NCBI GenBank assembly: GCA_963675525.2
Contig: CAXXSL010000018.1
Coordinates: forward strand, 32,001-96,000
Length of the DNA: 64,000 nt
Origin: Anaerohalosphaeraceae bacterium
GTDB taxonomy: Bacteria > Planctomycetota > Phycisphaerae > Sedimentisphaerales > Anaerohalosphaeraceae
Reading direction: 5' to 3'
Shown here: piece by piece, positions 40,522-49,492 of the stretch
Layout: each line of letters opens with the position of its first letter
How positions within the stretch are numbered: position 1 is the stretch's first letter
Notes under the pieces: model-generated
Database searches by the model: none
What the model was told of the DNA's origin: nothing
What the model saw: only the letters and a program-made list of their open reading frames with translations
Program-made: the position numbers and the translations under genes

Positions 40522-42657
40522 TTACCAACTGCAAGCCGATGTTGGAACACGTTCGCACTCAACCCACATACCGGCTATTGCCGCAATGTCGTCCAGATTC
40601 ACTCGGCAATCTCCGGTGACATCATAAGTCAGCGGATTTACGGAGTCTTCCACACAAACGTATTCACCGGTGACATCGTAATAAAGCGTCGCAACTTCAT
40701 CTTCCGTCAACGCATAGCTGTATATCCGCAAGTCGTCAACCATACCATCGTAGTAAGGATCGGGCCACTGACTCTTGGCAATAAAACTCGTCGCCTTGCT
40801 GAAATCAGTCGGATTGATCGTGATGGCTGTGTTTTCGCCCGCGAAATCACCGTTGACATACAAGGTCCCCGTATTGCCTTCCAGCGTAAACGTAACCTGT
40901 ACCCACTCGTCCGCAGCAAGAGGAGAAACATTGATCCCCTGCTCGGCGATGGCCGGTGTTCGCATCGCAAAACGCATGTTGGTACCATTAGACGGTGCCA
41001 GGAACAGATACTCGTCTGTACCATCACCAAAGTCCCACAGACGCTGCCAGTTGGCGCCGCCTCTCCAGAAGTACCAACCGGCGATCGTAATATCTTCATA
41101 GTCAACTACATCTCCGGGAACTTCACAGTATACCCGATTCGGGTCTTCCGTACTGGCGTTAGCAAACAGCAAGCTGTTGGTGCCTGTCATTCCGCTGATT
41201 ACGTTCGGCTCCAGGGTTGGAAGGAGCGCCGATGCCGTGCCTGTGCTTGTCAGGTGCATATCATAACCGTCTATTGTATCCGGAGTAAAACTGTTGGCGT
41301 CGGCAACATTGATAACCTCCATTGGATATTGACTTGCCAGACGACGCGTCATTAAACGTCCCGGATCTGAAAGTATCGGGGTTGGAAACGCATCAGACGA
41401 GATTTCACAATAATAGTTCCCCTCATCCGCTTTAACCGCGCCTGTAAGGGTTAGAGTATTGGTTGTACTTAGTGTCGTCCCGGAATCATTTTCATGATAC
41501 CATCTGTAATAATCTGTATTGGAGGCGACAACGCTGATAGTCGCGTTCCCCGCTGCATCCGCAAGCGTATAAGCGGCAGGTTGTTGAACAAAGAAAGGAG
41601 TTTCCGGTAATGTCGTAAACGTCATGCCGACACCCTGATAAGCAACCGCACCGTCATCAATGGTATCGACTCTCCAATAATAGGGTGTGTCGAAAGCAAG
41701 CTGGCCTGACGTAAGCGTATGGGCCGGAGAAACCAAACCCAATACGGTAATGTCGCTGTAGCCGCTCACGTCGGGAACGTTCGGATCGGCAACATTGGGA
41801 TCAATACCCACATAGAGGTTATAACTGTCCACGACCAAAGGAATTCCCGCATCCATTGTCCACGCCAGATCAACGCCCAACTCTTTGTCAACGACTGCCC
41901 CATAGGCCGGGGACATGGTCCGAAGAACGAGCGGTTTCGGATCGTCCGGTCCGAAGTTATTGGTGTAGGCAACTTCGCCCGGATTCAGCGCTTTATTGTA
42001 AATACGGAATTCATGGATCGAGCCGTTCCATTCCGGGTCGTTCAGATATCCACCTCTGCCGAGTAACGCCAATTCGGTTGAAATCGCGCTGATGTAATTA
42101 TTAACGGACAATGCGGAGGTCTCCATTAACTCACCATCAATAAATAATGAAATCTGAGTATCATCCAAACTGGCTACCATGTGGTGCTGAAGGCCGTCAT
42201 CGTATTCAGGACCATCGCCTGAGCTTTCAGTTGCCCATGGATCCGTCGTGTTGTTGGTACAAATCGCAGCACGGCTGATATCGTCCTCGCGAGCGCTCGT
42301 CATCATGAAGTAATTGATACCCATCCAGGTGGTTGACGCATTATTACCTCCCAGATAAGCCAGCATGGTAAAACCTGTATTCCCGCTGGTAACGGGGGTG
42401 TACCACATTTCCATAGAAATGGCATCATAGCTGTTGGCATCGATACCGGCGGCATCCATTTCCAGTATGTCATCGACACCGTCCAACACCAGCGAACCGC
42501 CGGTCACAACCGCATCGCCGACCAGCACACTTTCCAGCCCGCCAACGACGTCATTGGCGTCCACGGCAAAATCGTACCGGTGCGTAATCGCTCCCGATAC
42601 CTGCATTGACATAGCAAGTGCTAATACAATCATGATTAATAAGTTTAATTTCTTCAT
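40522..42657 (-). CDS. Secreted LamG-Ig-LamG jellyroll protein with C-terminal dockerin-like motif
   Basis: Signal peptide MKKLNLL; GSIHEFRIYNKAL, YYWRVD, DEGNYYC, WQRLWDFG, GMVDDLRIYSYAL, DVTGDCRVNLDD. Confidence 0.85.
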   Translation of the reverse strand: MKKLNLLIMIVLALAMSMQVSGAITHRYDFAVDANDVVGGLESVLVGDAVVTGGSLVLDGVDDILEMDAAGIDANSYDAISMEMWYTPVTSGNTGFTMLAYLGGNNASTTWMGINYFMMTSAREDDISRAAICTNNTTDPWATESSGDGPEYDDGLQHHMVASLDDTQISLFIDGELMETSALSVNNYISAISTELALLGRGGYLNDPEWNGSIHEFRIYNKALNPGEVAYTNNFGPDDPKPLVLRTMSPAYGAVVDKELGVDLAWTMDAGIPLVVDSYNLYVGIDPNVADPNVPDVSGYSDITVLGLVSPAHTLTSGQLAFDTPYYWRVDTIDDGAVAYQGVGMTFTTLPETPFFVQQPAAYTLADAAGNATISVVASNTDYYRWYHENDSGTTLSTTNTLTLTGAVKADEGNYYCEISSDAFPTPILSDPGRLMTRRLASQYPMEVINVADANSFTPDTIDGYDMHLTSTGTASALLPTLEPNVISGMTGTNSLLFANASTEDPNRVYCEVPGDVVDYEDITIAGWYFWRGGANWQRLWDFGDGTDEYLFLAPSNGTNMRFAMRTPAIAEQGINVSPLAADEWVQVTFTLEGNTGTLYVNGDFAGENTAITINPTDFSKATSFIAKSQWPDPYYDGMVDDLRIYSYALTEDEVATLYYDVTGEYVCVEDSVNPLTYDVTGDCRVNLDDIAAIAGMWVECERVPTSACSW

Positions 42658-42784
42658 AAATAAATCCCCTAAAATATATCCGCTTTTGCCTTTATCATGC
42701 CCCCATTTTGTCTTCATCTTTTCTTCTCATAACTTTCTTCATACCTCAATTATTCAGTCATACCGCCACATTTTTCAAGCCGGT

Positions 42785-42815
42785 CTGCTGATGGCTTTTT
42801 TAGGGCCATCAGCAG
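42785..42815 (-). terminator. Stem-loop downstream of the PEP-CTERM gene (terminator or stabiliser)
   Basis: ctgctgatggc-9 nt-gccatcagcag, an 11-bp perfect stem; no U-tract on the minus strand. Confidence 0.55.
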
Positions 42816-42856
42816 TTTTCGGCTAAAATTCTTACTTACTTAACTCTTTTAACTCT

Positions 42857-43705
42857 TTATTTCCGTTTTCTGAGCATTACCAGAGCACCAAAACCGAGCA
42901 AAGCCATCGTTGCCGGTTCCGGAATCTGGACGCCGATCAAGTCCTCCGCACCAAGCGCCACATCGCTGAAGCGAACGTCATCCAGATAGCCGTTGATGTG
43001 ATCGACAAAGCTGCCGTTGTACCAACCGCGGCCGAAGGTCCAGTTGGAACCGTTCTGCCCCAAAGCATTTTCGGCTATGGTCTGCGCCGACATGTCAAGC
43101 GACCCGACAGAAGTGTAACCACTGCCGTCACCCATATCGATATACATCGTCAGGGCTTGTCCGTCACTGGTAACCGCCAGGCCATACCAACGATTCGGTC
43201 GCGCAACAACGTCACCGTCCAGAATCCAACGCGTACCGCCGACGGTATCGATATTGACGCGGAACTTGTTGTCGATACCGTTGCTTGACAGGTAAAAATC
43301 CGATTCCGGTTCGGCCTGCGAAGAACCGTCGCGACCGATAATCGTCTTCCAACCGTTCGTCTCATACATGAATACCGACGTCTCAATCGTCCAGACAGAA
43401 GGCGACCAGCTATTGAGCGGCGAACCCGCGGTGTACCCGTCCTGACCGTTGTTCCTGGAGCTTAAGGCGGAACCATTCGGCGTGTAGTCCGACCACGACG
43501 GACCATACTGCTCATTCCAGCCATACATCATTTCGCCAGCGACAACATCAGCCGAACCGCCGGAGCCGTTAGGCTGGCCGGCCGGTGTAAAGGATTGGCC
43601 GGCAACACCGTCTTCAAAGTCCCAATAAGCAACGGTTGCGGCATACGATGCCATGCTCATTACCATCACTAACGCTAATACTACTTTCAATACATCTCTT
43701 TTCAT
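42857..43705 (-). CDS. LamG-domain PEP-CTERM sorting protein
   Basis: C-terminus IPEPATMALLGFGALVMLRKRK; signal peptide; GYLDDVRFSDVAL; GGAGG RBS. Confidence 0.9.
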   Translation of the reverse strand: MKRDVLKVVLALVMVMSMASYAATVAYWDFEDGVAGQSFTPAGQPNGSGGSADVVAGEMMYGWNEQYGPSWSDYTPNGSALSSRNNGQDGYTAGSPLNSWSPSVWTIETSVFMYETNGWKTIIGRDGSSQAEPESDFYLSSNGIDNKFRVNIDTVGGTRWILDGDVVARPNRWYGLAVTSDGQALTMYIDMGDGSGYTSVGSLDMSAQTIAENALGQNGSNWTFGRGWYNGSFVDHINGYLDDVRFSDVALGAEDLIGVQIPEPATMALLGFGALVMLRKRK

Positions 43706-43793
43706 CTTTCTTGCCTCCACAAAACATAAATAAAACATTTTACTTTACATCACACTCTCACGATTCCTTTCTTACGGTCGTCATCCCTGACTC

Positions 43794-43810
43794 ACACACC
43801 ACACACACAC
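43794..43810. repeat. (CA)n/(GT)n-rich tract in the leader of the PEP-CTERM gene
   Basis: acacaccacacacacac within a strongly strand-asymmetric region. Confidence 0.6.
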
Positions 43811-43954
43811 TTCACTTTATACACACTCAACACTCTACAAGAAACAGATCAAAAACAGTCTTTTACTTTTAATCTTCTCCTTTCCGTAACAACATCAAAC
43901 TTTCTCGTTCATGTCAAAGATCGTTCTATTAATCAAAACATCAATTTATTTCAA

Positions 43955-45634
43955 TTATTCCAACACCAATACCGGCTTGGCAAATACGCACCAGTCGCTG
44001 TCCATGTTCGTAACAATCCCATTTCCAAAAATTCGCGATTCCGGATCGCCGCCGTCGGTCGTGACAAGCGTCAGAAAACGGTCATTTTCATAAAGCTCAA
44101 TATCAACCGTATCAATGATTCCTTTTTGCTGAACATTTAGCTTCCGGTAACGCACCAGCCCATCCACCAGTATCCAGAAATCCGCGTTACACGGACGCCA
44201 TGATGAATCACTGATCCCAATGATTGACTGAAAACGGGTAACCCGCGCACCGGCTAATTGCGAACGAATTGCTTTCAGATCGTACGTGATCCCCAGATTG
44301 GCATGGAGGAATAAATAGGCGGATTCGCTCTGACTGTAATTGACGTCGCCCAACACAATTTCTGCTCTATCGATGGTCTTAGGCGCACTGGAAATTTCCG
44401 TGTAATAATTCCCTTGAGTGACCGGACATTCCGAGAAGACATGCCCCCGCGAACTGATGATTTGATCTGTCCGCCCGTTGGGAACAAAAACCCCATCAAT
44501 GTAGGGATTCAATTGTACGCTGTGATAAGCATTATCAGCTTTTCGGCTCACTGCTGATTCAGAGATGTCGGTCATCTCCCCCGTAGCGGGATTCAAGCCC
44601 TGATTACGCAGACCCGTTTCAAACCCATTGCCGCCCCCGGCAATATCGGCCAAATCAATTTTATCCTGCCCTCTCCAGATACAATTCGATTTGGAGTTAA
44701 TATCGCGAACAAAAAGATCCGGTTTACATGCAATATCTAAAGTTTCTCCGGTATCACCGGAAACCATCCTGGCAGATCCCTTACCGACTTCTTCATTGGT
44801 TTTGTTGTTCTTCGAATCAGTCACCAATATGGTTTTACCTTTAAGGACATACAGTTGCGTATTCCCGCCAACTTCAGCTTGCACACCAAACTCGGTCCCC
44901 ATATCGATAATTTTAGTATTTTGGGTGTAAACAGAAAAGCCGGTTGCTTCTTTCGGAACTATCGCATATACCTTGCCGTAAGTCAGGCCGATCCGGTCAT
45001 CGGCAAGGATCTGAAACTCAGCGGGTGCTTCGATGACAACCCTGGCATTTGTGTCGAACTGCAATTCCGCCAATCCCTCACGCAACAGCAAGAGTGACTT
45101 GCCGGCGTAAAGGCGTTCTCCGGCCTGCATCGACATGTCTCGGTCTGCCCACTTGGCATTTAAGGAATCGGTTAGAGTTGCAACCTCATAACCGCTTCGG
45201 ACCGGGACAAAATGAACAAATAAGAGCACGAATACTATCGAAGCGGCTACAGCCATCAGCGAGCCAACCTCCCATTTGGTAAACTTTTTCTTGCGGTTAA
45301 GATTATGGTATACTACCTTCTGGATAAGCTCTTGTTGAACGGTCTCCTTCGGCATTGCAACTGGTTCTGCATATCTTTCATCGTCACCCAACTCTTTTAA
45401 TAACCGCATATAAACTACCGAATCTTCAGAGGCCGTTTCTTTGGGCTCTAAATCCAACTTACTTGGAGCTGATAATTGAGCATGAAGGCTTGCCATACCA
45501 ATATATAGCTCTAAAGCATCAGGATTACTCTTCAAGTATTCCTTTAGCTCGCTCTGCTCTTCAGGAGAAATCGCTTTTTCCAGCCAGCGAAGCAAATAAT
45601 CGCATATTTTAATTTGTTCTTTGTCTTTTCTCAT
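43955..45634 (-). CDS. FecR-like anti-sigma factor with C-terminal NPCBM/NEW2-like carbohydrate-binding domain
   Basis: N-terminal anti-sigma helix, one TM, GLAELQF..ARVVIEAPAEF, IDMGTEFGV, HANLGITYDL, DRFLTLVTTDGG, DWCVFAKPVL. Confidence 0.8.
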   Translation of the reverse strand: MRKDKEQIKICDYLLRWLEKAISPEEQSELKEYLKSNPDALELYIGMASLHAQLSAPSKLDLEPKETASEDSVVYMRLLKELGDDERYAEPVAMPKETVQQELIQKVVYHNLNRKKKFTKWEVGSLMAVAASIVFVLLFVHFVPVRSGYEVATLTDSLNAKWADRDMSMQAGERLYAGKSLLLLREGLAELQFDTNARVVIEAPAEFQILADDRIGLTYGKVYAIVPKEATGFSVYTQNTKIIDMGTEFGVQAEVGGNTQLYVLKGKTILVTDSKNNKTNEEVGKGSARMVSGDTGETLDIACKPDLFVRDINSKSNCIWRGQDKIDLADIAGGGNGFETGLRNQGLNPATGEMTDISESAVSRKADNAYHSVQLNPYIDGVFVPNGRTDQIISSRGHVFSECPVTQGNYYTEISSAPKTIDRAEIVLGDVNYSQSESAYLFLHANLGITYDLKAIRSQLAGARVTRFQSIIGISDSSWRPCNADFWILVDGLVRYRKLNVQQKGIIDTVDIELYENDRFLTLVTTDGGDPESRIFGNGIVTNMDSDWCVFAKPVLVLE

Positions 45635-45640
45635 AGACTA

Positions 45641-46156
45641 TCACTCCAACGACCTCATTGATTCCTTTGTACACAATTGCAAGAAGTAACAAATACGGGC
45701 CATCGTTTTATAAAGCCCCTGCACTGGACGTCCCAGGCTCAACGCGATTTGCTTGATGTACATCCCATCTTTATACCGTTTCGAAAGCAGAATTCGGTCA
45801 TCATCGCTTAGCCGGTCAATGCATTTTTGAAGAATCTCGATCTTCTCGGCCTTTTGATCATACTGTTTAGTCGTCGTTTCACAAATATAGTTAAGCTGCT
45901 CTTCGGTTAATAAGGGGTGATTTCGTTTTTTCTGTCTGAAGTATTCCAACACTTTATAGCGGGCAATCGTCACTGCCCAATTACTAAAGCTAGTACCTGA
46001 CTGGTAAGAATCGAATCGCTCCCACATAAAAACTGCGGTTTCTTGAAGTAAATCATGGGCAATTTCAACATCATACACCATCGTGAGAATAAACGAATAG
46101 ACATTCGACTGATTGTCGACATACAACCTCATGTATTCATCTTTTCTTTTTGACAT
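45641..46156 (-). CDS. ECF RNA polymerase sigma-70 factor (Rhodopirellula/Verrucomicrobium-type)
   Basis: AHDLLQET, WERFDSY, FSNWAVTIARY, region 4 IKQIALSLGRP; adjacent to the FecR gene. Confidence 0.88.
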   Translation of the reverse strand: MSKRKDEYMRLYVDNQSNVYSFILTMVYDVEIAHDLLQETAVFMWERFDSYQSGTSFSNWAVTIARYKVLEYFRQKKRNHPLLTEEQLNYICETTTKQYDQKAEKIEILQKCIDRLSDDDRILLSKRYKDGMYIKQIALSLGRPVQGLYKTMARICYFLQLCTKESMRSLE

Positions 46157-46631
46157 GCTGTTTCCTGCAAATATATGTACTTATCCACTTTAAAATGACT
46201 TAACGGTTCATAATTGGAGTCCTTTTTTAGAAACTCATCTAAAATTTTTTCAAATTCATTTTTTGACAACTTTTTAAGACATGTCGCATCTTGTTATGCT
46301 TTGATCTATAGGTTATTACAAGTCATCCAAAAACCCCTTCATGGTTACTTCCTGAACCGCGAAACATGGTTTTTCTGCCCCGGCTTAACTCTATAAGAAT
46401 CGTATTTAAAAAGACTTAAAGTTAACTTTGGTCTGATAATGACGGATGCAACTCAACAACAAGTAACTGACAAGACAGTATCCACTGCAAATTGACGAAC
46501 TATTTGACGAATTATATGTACTTATGACCATCGGATTAATTGTCCGTATGCGTTTAATTATCTAAAAAACTCACTCTCGAACTAGCAATTAAACACATTT
46601 CATGTTAGCAATATGATATAATGGCCATGGT

Positions 46632-48269
46632 TTAATCGCGGATGAGTTTTTGCGCCGTACGACCAACCGTGAGCTCTATAGATGACAATTCTGCTCCATC
46701 AATTACTTCCGGTGACAGGTTCCAGGAAGGCCTGCTGAAACAGGCTCCTCGCAAATCGATATTGTTAGAGGTACTTTCAGCAACACGTACCCTTTGAGAA
46801 TGATCAGCCTTTATCAAGCAGCGTTGCGTTTGAAAGTTCCGGACATTTCGAAGATCAAAAAGCAAATCATCTGCACAGTGAATCTGGCAATCCCTTAAGA
46901 TAATTTCTTCTGCATCGGTAAAAGAAATGCCTTTCGGCCCCGTCAAATCAGCATTTTCAATGATCACACCCTGAATGGGACTTTCGGGAATTCCTTTGGC
47001 GCGTAAAATCGTGTTGCTTGCGACACCGACAATATTTCGAATCGTAATGTCCCGATAAAGCGGCGTCAGCGACGTCAATTCCAGTTTCGGCAATCGTTTT
47101 GCTAAATCGCCGACATATATCGGTTGGCCGAGCATTTCCCAGGTAATAATCTTTTGCGCCTTAATATCGATATTCTCAAACGTCAGATTCTCGCCGCCGC
47201 CGCCTCGCGGCCGCCGTGTCTTGAATCGAATACCGACATCGACATTTTCATACCGGCAGTTTGAGACATAGACATTGCGTATCATCCCGGCTGTTTCGCT
47301 GCCGCAGGTAATGCCGCCGTGACCACCCAGTGAAAGATTGTACCGATGCACCACATTTTCAACAGGACGACGAGTCCGGATGCCGTCCTCATTGCGTCCG
47401 GCTTTCAGGCAGTAACTGTCATCGCCCGTATTGACACTGCAGTATTCAACCAGCACATTCCGAGAGGATTCGATATTGATACCGTCGCCGGTCGGAATGT
47501 CCCCGCTCTCAATCCGCACGCCGCGAACAATAACATTTTCACAATAAACCGGCACAATATTCCACATCGCCGACCGCTCGACCGAAATCGATTCAATAAA
47601 CACGTTTTGGCAGGAAATCGGCGAAACGGAATAGGGTTTATAGTGCATACGTCCCTGCTGCCCGTCGAAAATCCGCGAGGCAACCGGACTGTCGGCATCA
47701 ATTACCTTGTCGATGACCGGACGTTTTTTCAGCTTGCGAAGCGGCGCATCGAGCGGGGGGCCTACGATTTTGCCCTCGCCTGTGATCGCAATGTCATGTT
47801 GATTGTTCGCATAAATAAGCGCGCCGGTACTGTACATTTCAACGCCTTCGTTCCGGCAGAACACCACCGGCAGGTAATCGTCCAACTGTCCGCTGAAATG
47901 AAGTTCGGCATCGTCTGTCAAATGCAGTTCTACGTTACTCTTTAATTCGATGCGACCGGTAAGCCATTTTCCGGCAGGTATTACAACCCGTCCGCCTCCG
48001 GCTTTAGAGCAGGCATCAACAGCATCGTTAATGGCCGTTCGGCAATTGAATGATCCACCGGATTTTGCTCCGAAATCGACGATCGAAATGATTCGATCTC
48101 CAAAGTCCGGCCGTTTGAAGGACGGCATATAGAATGGGGCTTTGATGGGAGTAATTTCCGAAGGCATGGCAGCAGGTCCAACCTGGTCAATGGCTGGTAT
48201 CGCCGCAAAAATGCAAACGCTACTAAGGAAGACAAAACTTAAAATCACAAGAAGGGCTTTTTTGTCCAC
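46632..48269 (-). CDS. GH28 family glycoside hydrolase (polygalacturonase/galacturonidase-like)
   Basis: GGGRVVIPAG, LKSNVELHL, TGDGINIES, TGDD, LKAG, GHGGITCGSE, RFKT. Confidence 0.9.
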   Translation of the reverse strand: MDKKALLVILSFVFLSSVCIFAAIPAIDQVGPAAMPSEITPIKAPFYMPSFKRPDFGDRIISIVDFGAKSGGSFNCRTAINDAVDACSKAGGGRVVIPAGKWLTGRIELKSNVELHLTDDAELHFSGQLDDYLPVVFCRNEGVEMYSTGALIYANNQHDIAITGEGKIVGPPLDAPLRKLKKRPVIDKVIDADSPVASRIFDGQQGRMHYKPYSVSPISCQNVFIESISVERSAMWNIVPVYCENVIVRGVRIESGDIPTGDGINIESSRNVLVEYCSVNTGDDSYCLKAGRNEDGIRTRRPVENVVHRYNLSLGGHGGITCGSETAGMIRNVYVSNCRYENVDVGIRFKTRRPRGGGGENLTFENIDIKAQKIITWEMLGQPIYVGDLAKRLPKLELTSLTPLYRDITIRNIVGVASNTILRAKGIPESPIQGVIIENADLTGPKGISFTDAEEIILRDCQIHCADDLLFDLRNVRNFQTQRCLIKADHSQRVRVAESTSNNIDLRGACFSRPSWNLSPEVIDGAELSSIELTVGRTAQKLIRD

Positions 48270-48378
48270 TTTGTCATATCCTACTGAATGGTTAGAAAAA
48301 GATTATACCCGTATTGTAATAAATATCTTGACAGTTCAAAGAAATTTTATGAGATTGCTACAATTTGAGGAGATCATT

Positions 48379-49470
48379 ATGTATTCTGATTATTTGAAAA
48401 TAGCCGTTCTTCATCTGCTGCTTGTTTTCTGCTTCGCCGCGAATGCAGACGTCACGGCCGTAAGTGACCAGGAGATGCAGGCGGTTTATGAGCAGGTCAA
48501 GACGCCCTATAAATATGGTGTCGTTATTGAACCCCCGGAAGGTATGATGGTCGATGGTCCGACGGTTTTTCGGCGAAATGATAAGTGGTATATGGTTTAT
48601 TTTCAGCTTGAGAGCGCACCGCAAGGATATACGACTCACTTGGCGGTTAGCGATGATCTGTTGAACTGGAAGCCGCTGGGCGTTATTTTGCCGCGAGGTC
48701 AGGCCAACGCCTGGGACAGCGCACAGGCAGCCGGAGGTATCGCCCTGTGTGACACCACCTGGGGCGGCAGTTATGAACTGAAATCACACGATGGCAAATA
48801 CTGGCTCTCATATCTTGGAGGCAGAAATCCGGGGTATGAGACCCCGCCGCTTTCAATTGGAGTGGCTTGGACAGAGGACCCGACCGCGGTGCAACCATGG
48901 CATCGACCGGATGCGCCTTCTCTGCAACCGACGGATCCGAATATTCGAAATTTTGAAGGGCGTACACTATTTAAAAGCTATATCTTCCTCGATAAACAAC
49001 AGACTTTAGGTGCACCGTTTGTCATGTTTTATAATGCTGCTGCCGTCGAGGGCGGGGAACGTATCGGAATCGCCCTTTCTGAGAATATGACCGACTGGAA
49101 GCGTTTTGGTCAAAGTCATGTCCTGGCCAATCAGTCATCCACCGGCAAGGTTGGTATCAGCGGTGACCCCCAGATAACAAAGATTGGAAAACTGTGGGTT
49201 ATGTTTTATTTCGGTGCATTCTGGAAGCCCGGAGCTTTTGATACGTTTGCCTGTTCATACGACTTGGTTCACTGGTCGAAGTGGGATGGCCCGGATCTGG
49301 TTGCTCCTTCAGAGTCATGGGATCAGAAGTATGCGCATAAACCCTGGGTCATTCAACATAATGGGGTTGTTTATCATTTTTATTGTGCTGTCGGTGACAA
49401 GGGCCGTGTTATCGCACTGGCAACCTCGAAAGATTTGAGAAATAATAGTGGACACGAATATCCCCAATAA
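48379..49470 (+). CDS. Secreted five-bladed beta-propeller glycosidase, GH137-like (beta-L-arabinofuranosidase)
   Basis: MQAVYEQVKTPYKYG, DGPTVFR, WGGSYEL, FVMFYNA, ERIGIALS, GDPQI, AHKPWVI..GVVYHFYCAV recall the BT0996 N-terminal GH137 module; GAGGAG RBS before 48379. Confidence 0.7.
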   Translation: MYSDYLKIAVLHLLLVFCFAANADVTAVSDQEMQAVYEQVKTPYKYGVVIEPPEGMMVDGPTVFRRNDKWYMVYFQLESAPQGYTTHLAVSDDLLNWKPLGVILPRGQANAWDSAQAAGGIALCDTTWGGSYELKSHDGKYWLSYLGGRNPGYETPPLSIGVAWTEDPTAVQPWHRPDAPSLQPTDPNIRNFEGRTLFKSYIFLDKQQTLGAPFVMFYNAAAVEGGERIGIALSENMTDWKRFGQSHVLANQSSTGKVGISGDPQITKIGKLWVMFYFGAFWKPGAFDTFACSYDLVHWSKWDGPDLVAPSESWDQKYAHKPWVIQHNGVVYHFYCAVGDKGRVIALATSKDLRNNSGHEYPQ

Positions 49471-49492
49471 ACCTGCATTAAGTCATTGGGAT

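Noticed and set aside
48142..48378. N-terminal extension of ORF 48142..49470
   Set aside because: Overlaps the divergent GH28 start; the RBS and signal peptide fit the ATG at 48379
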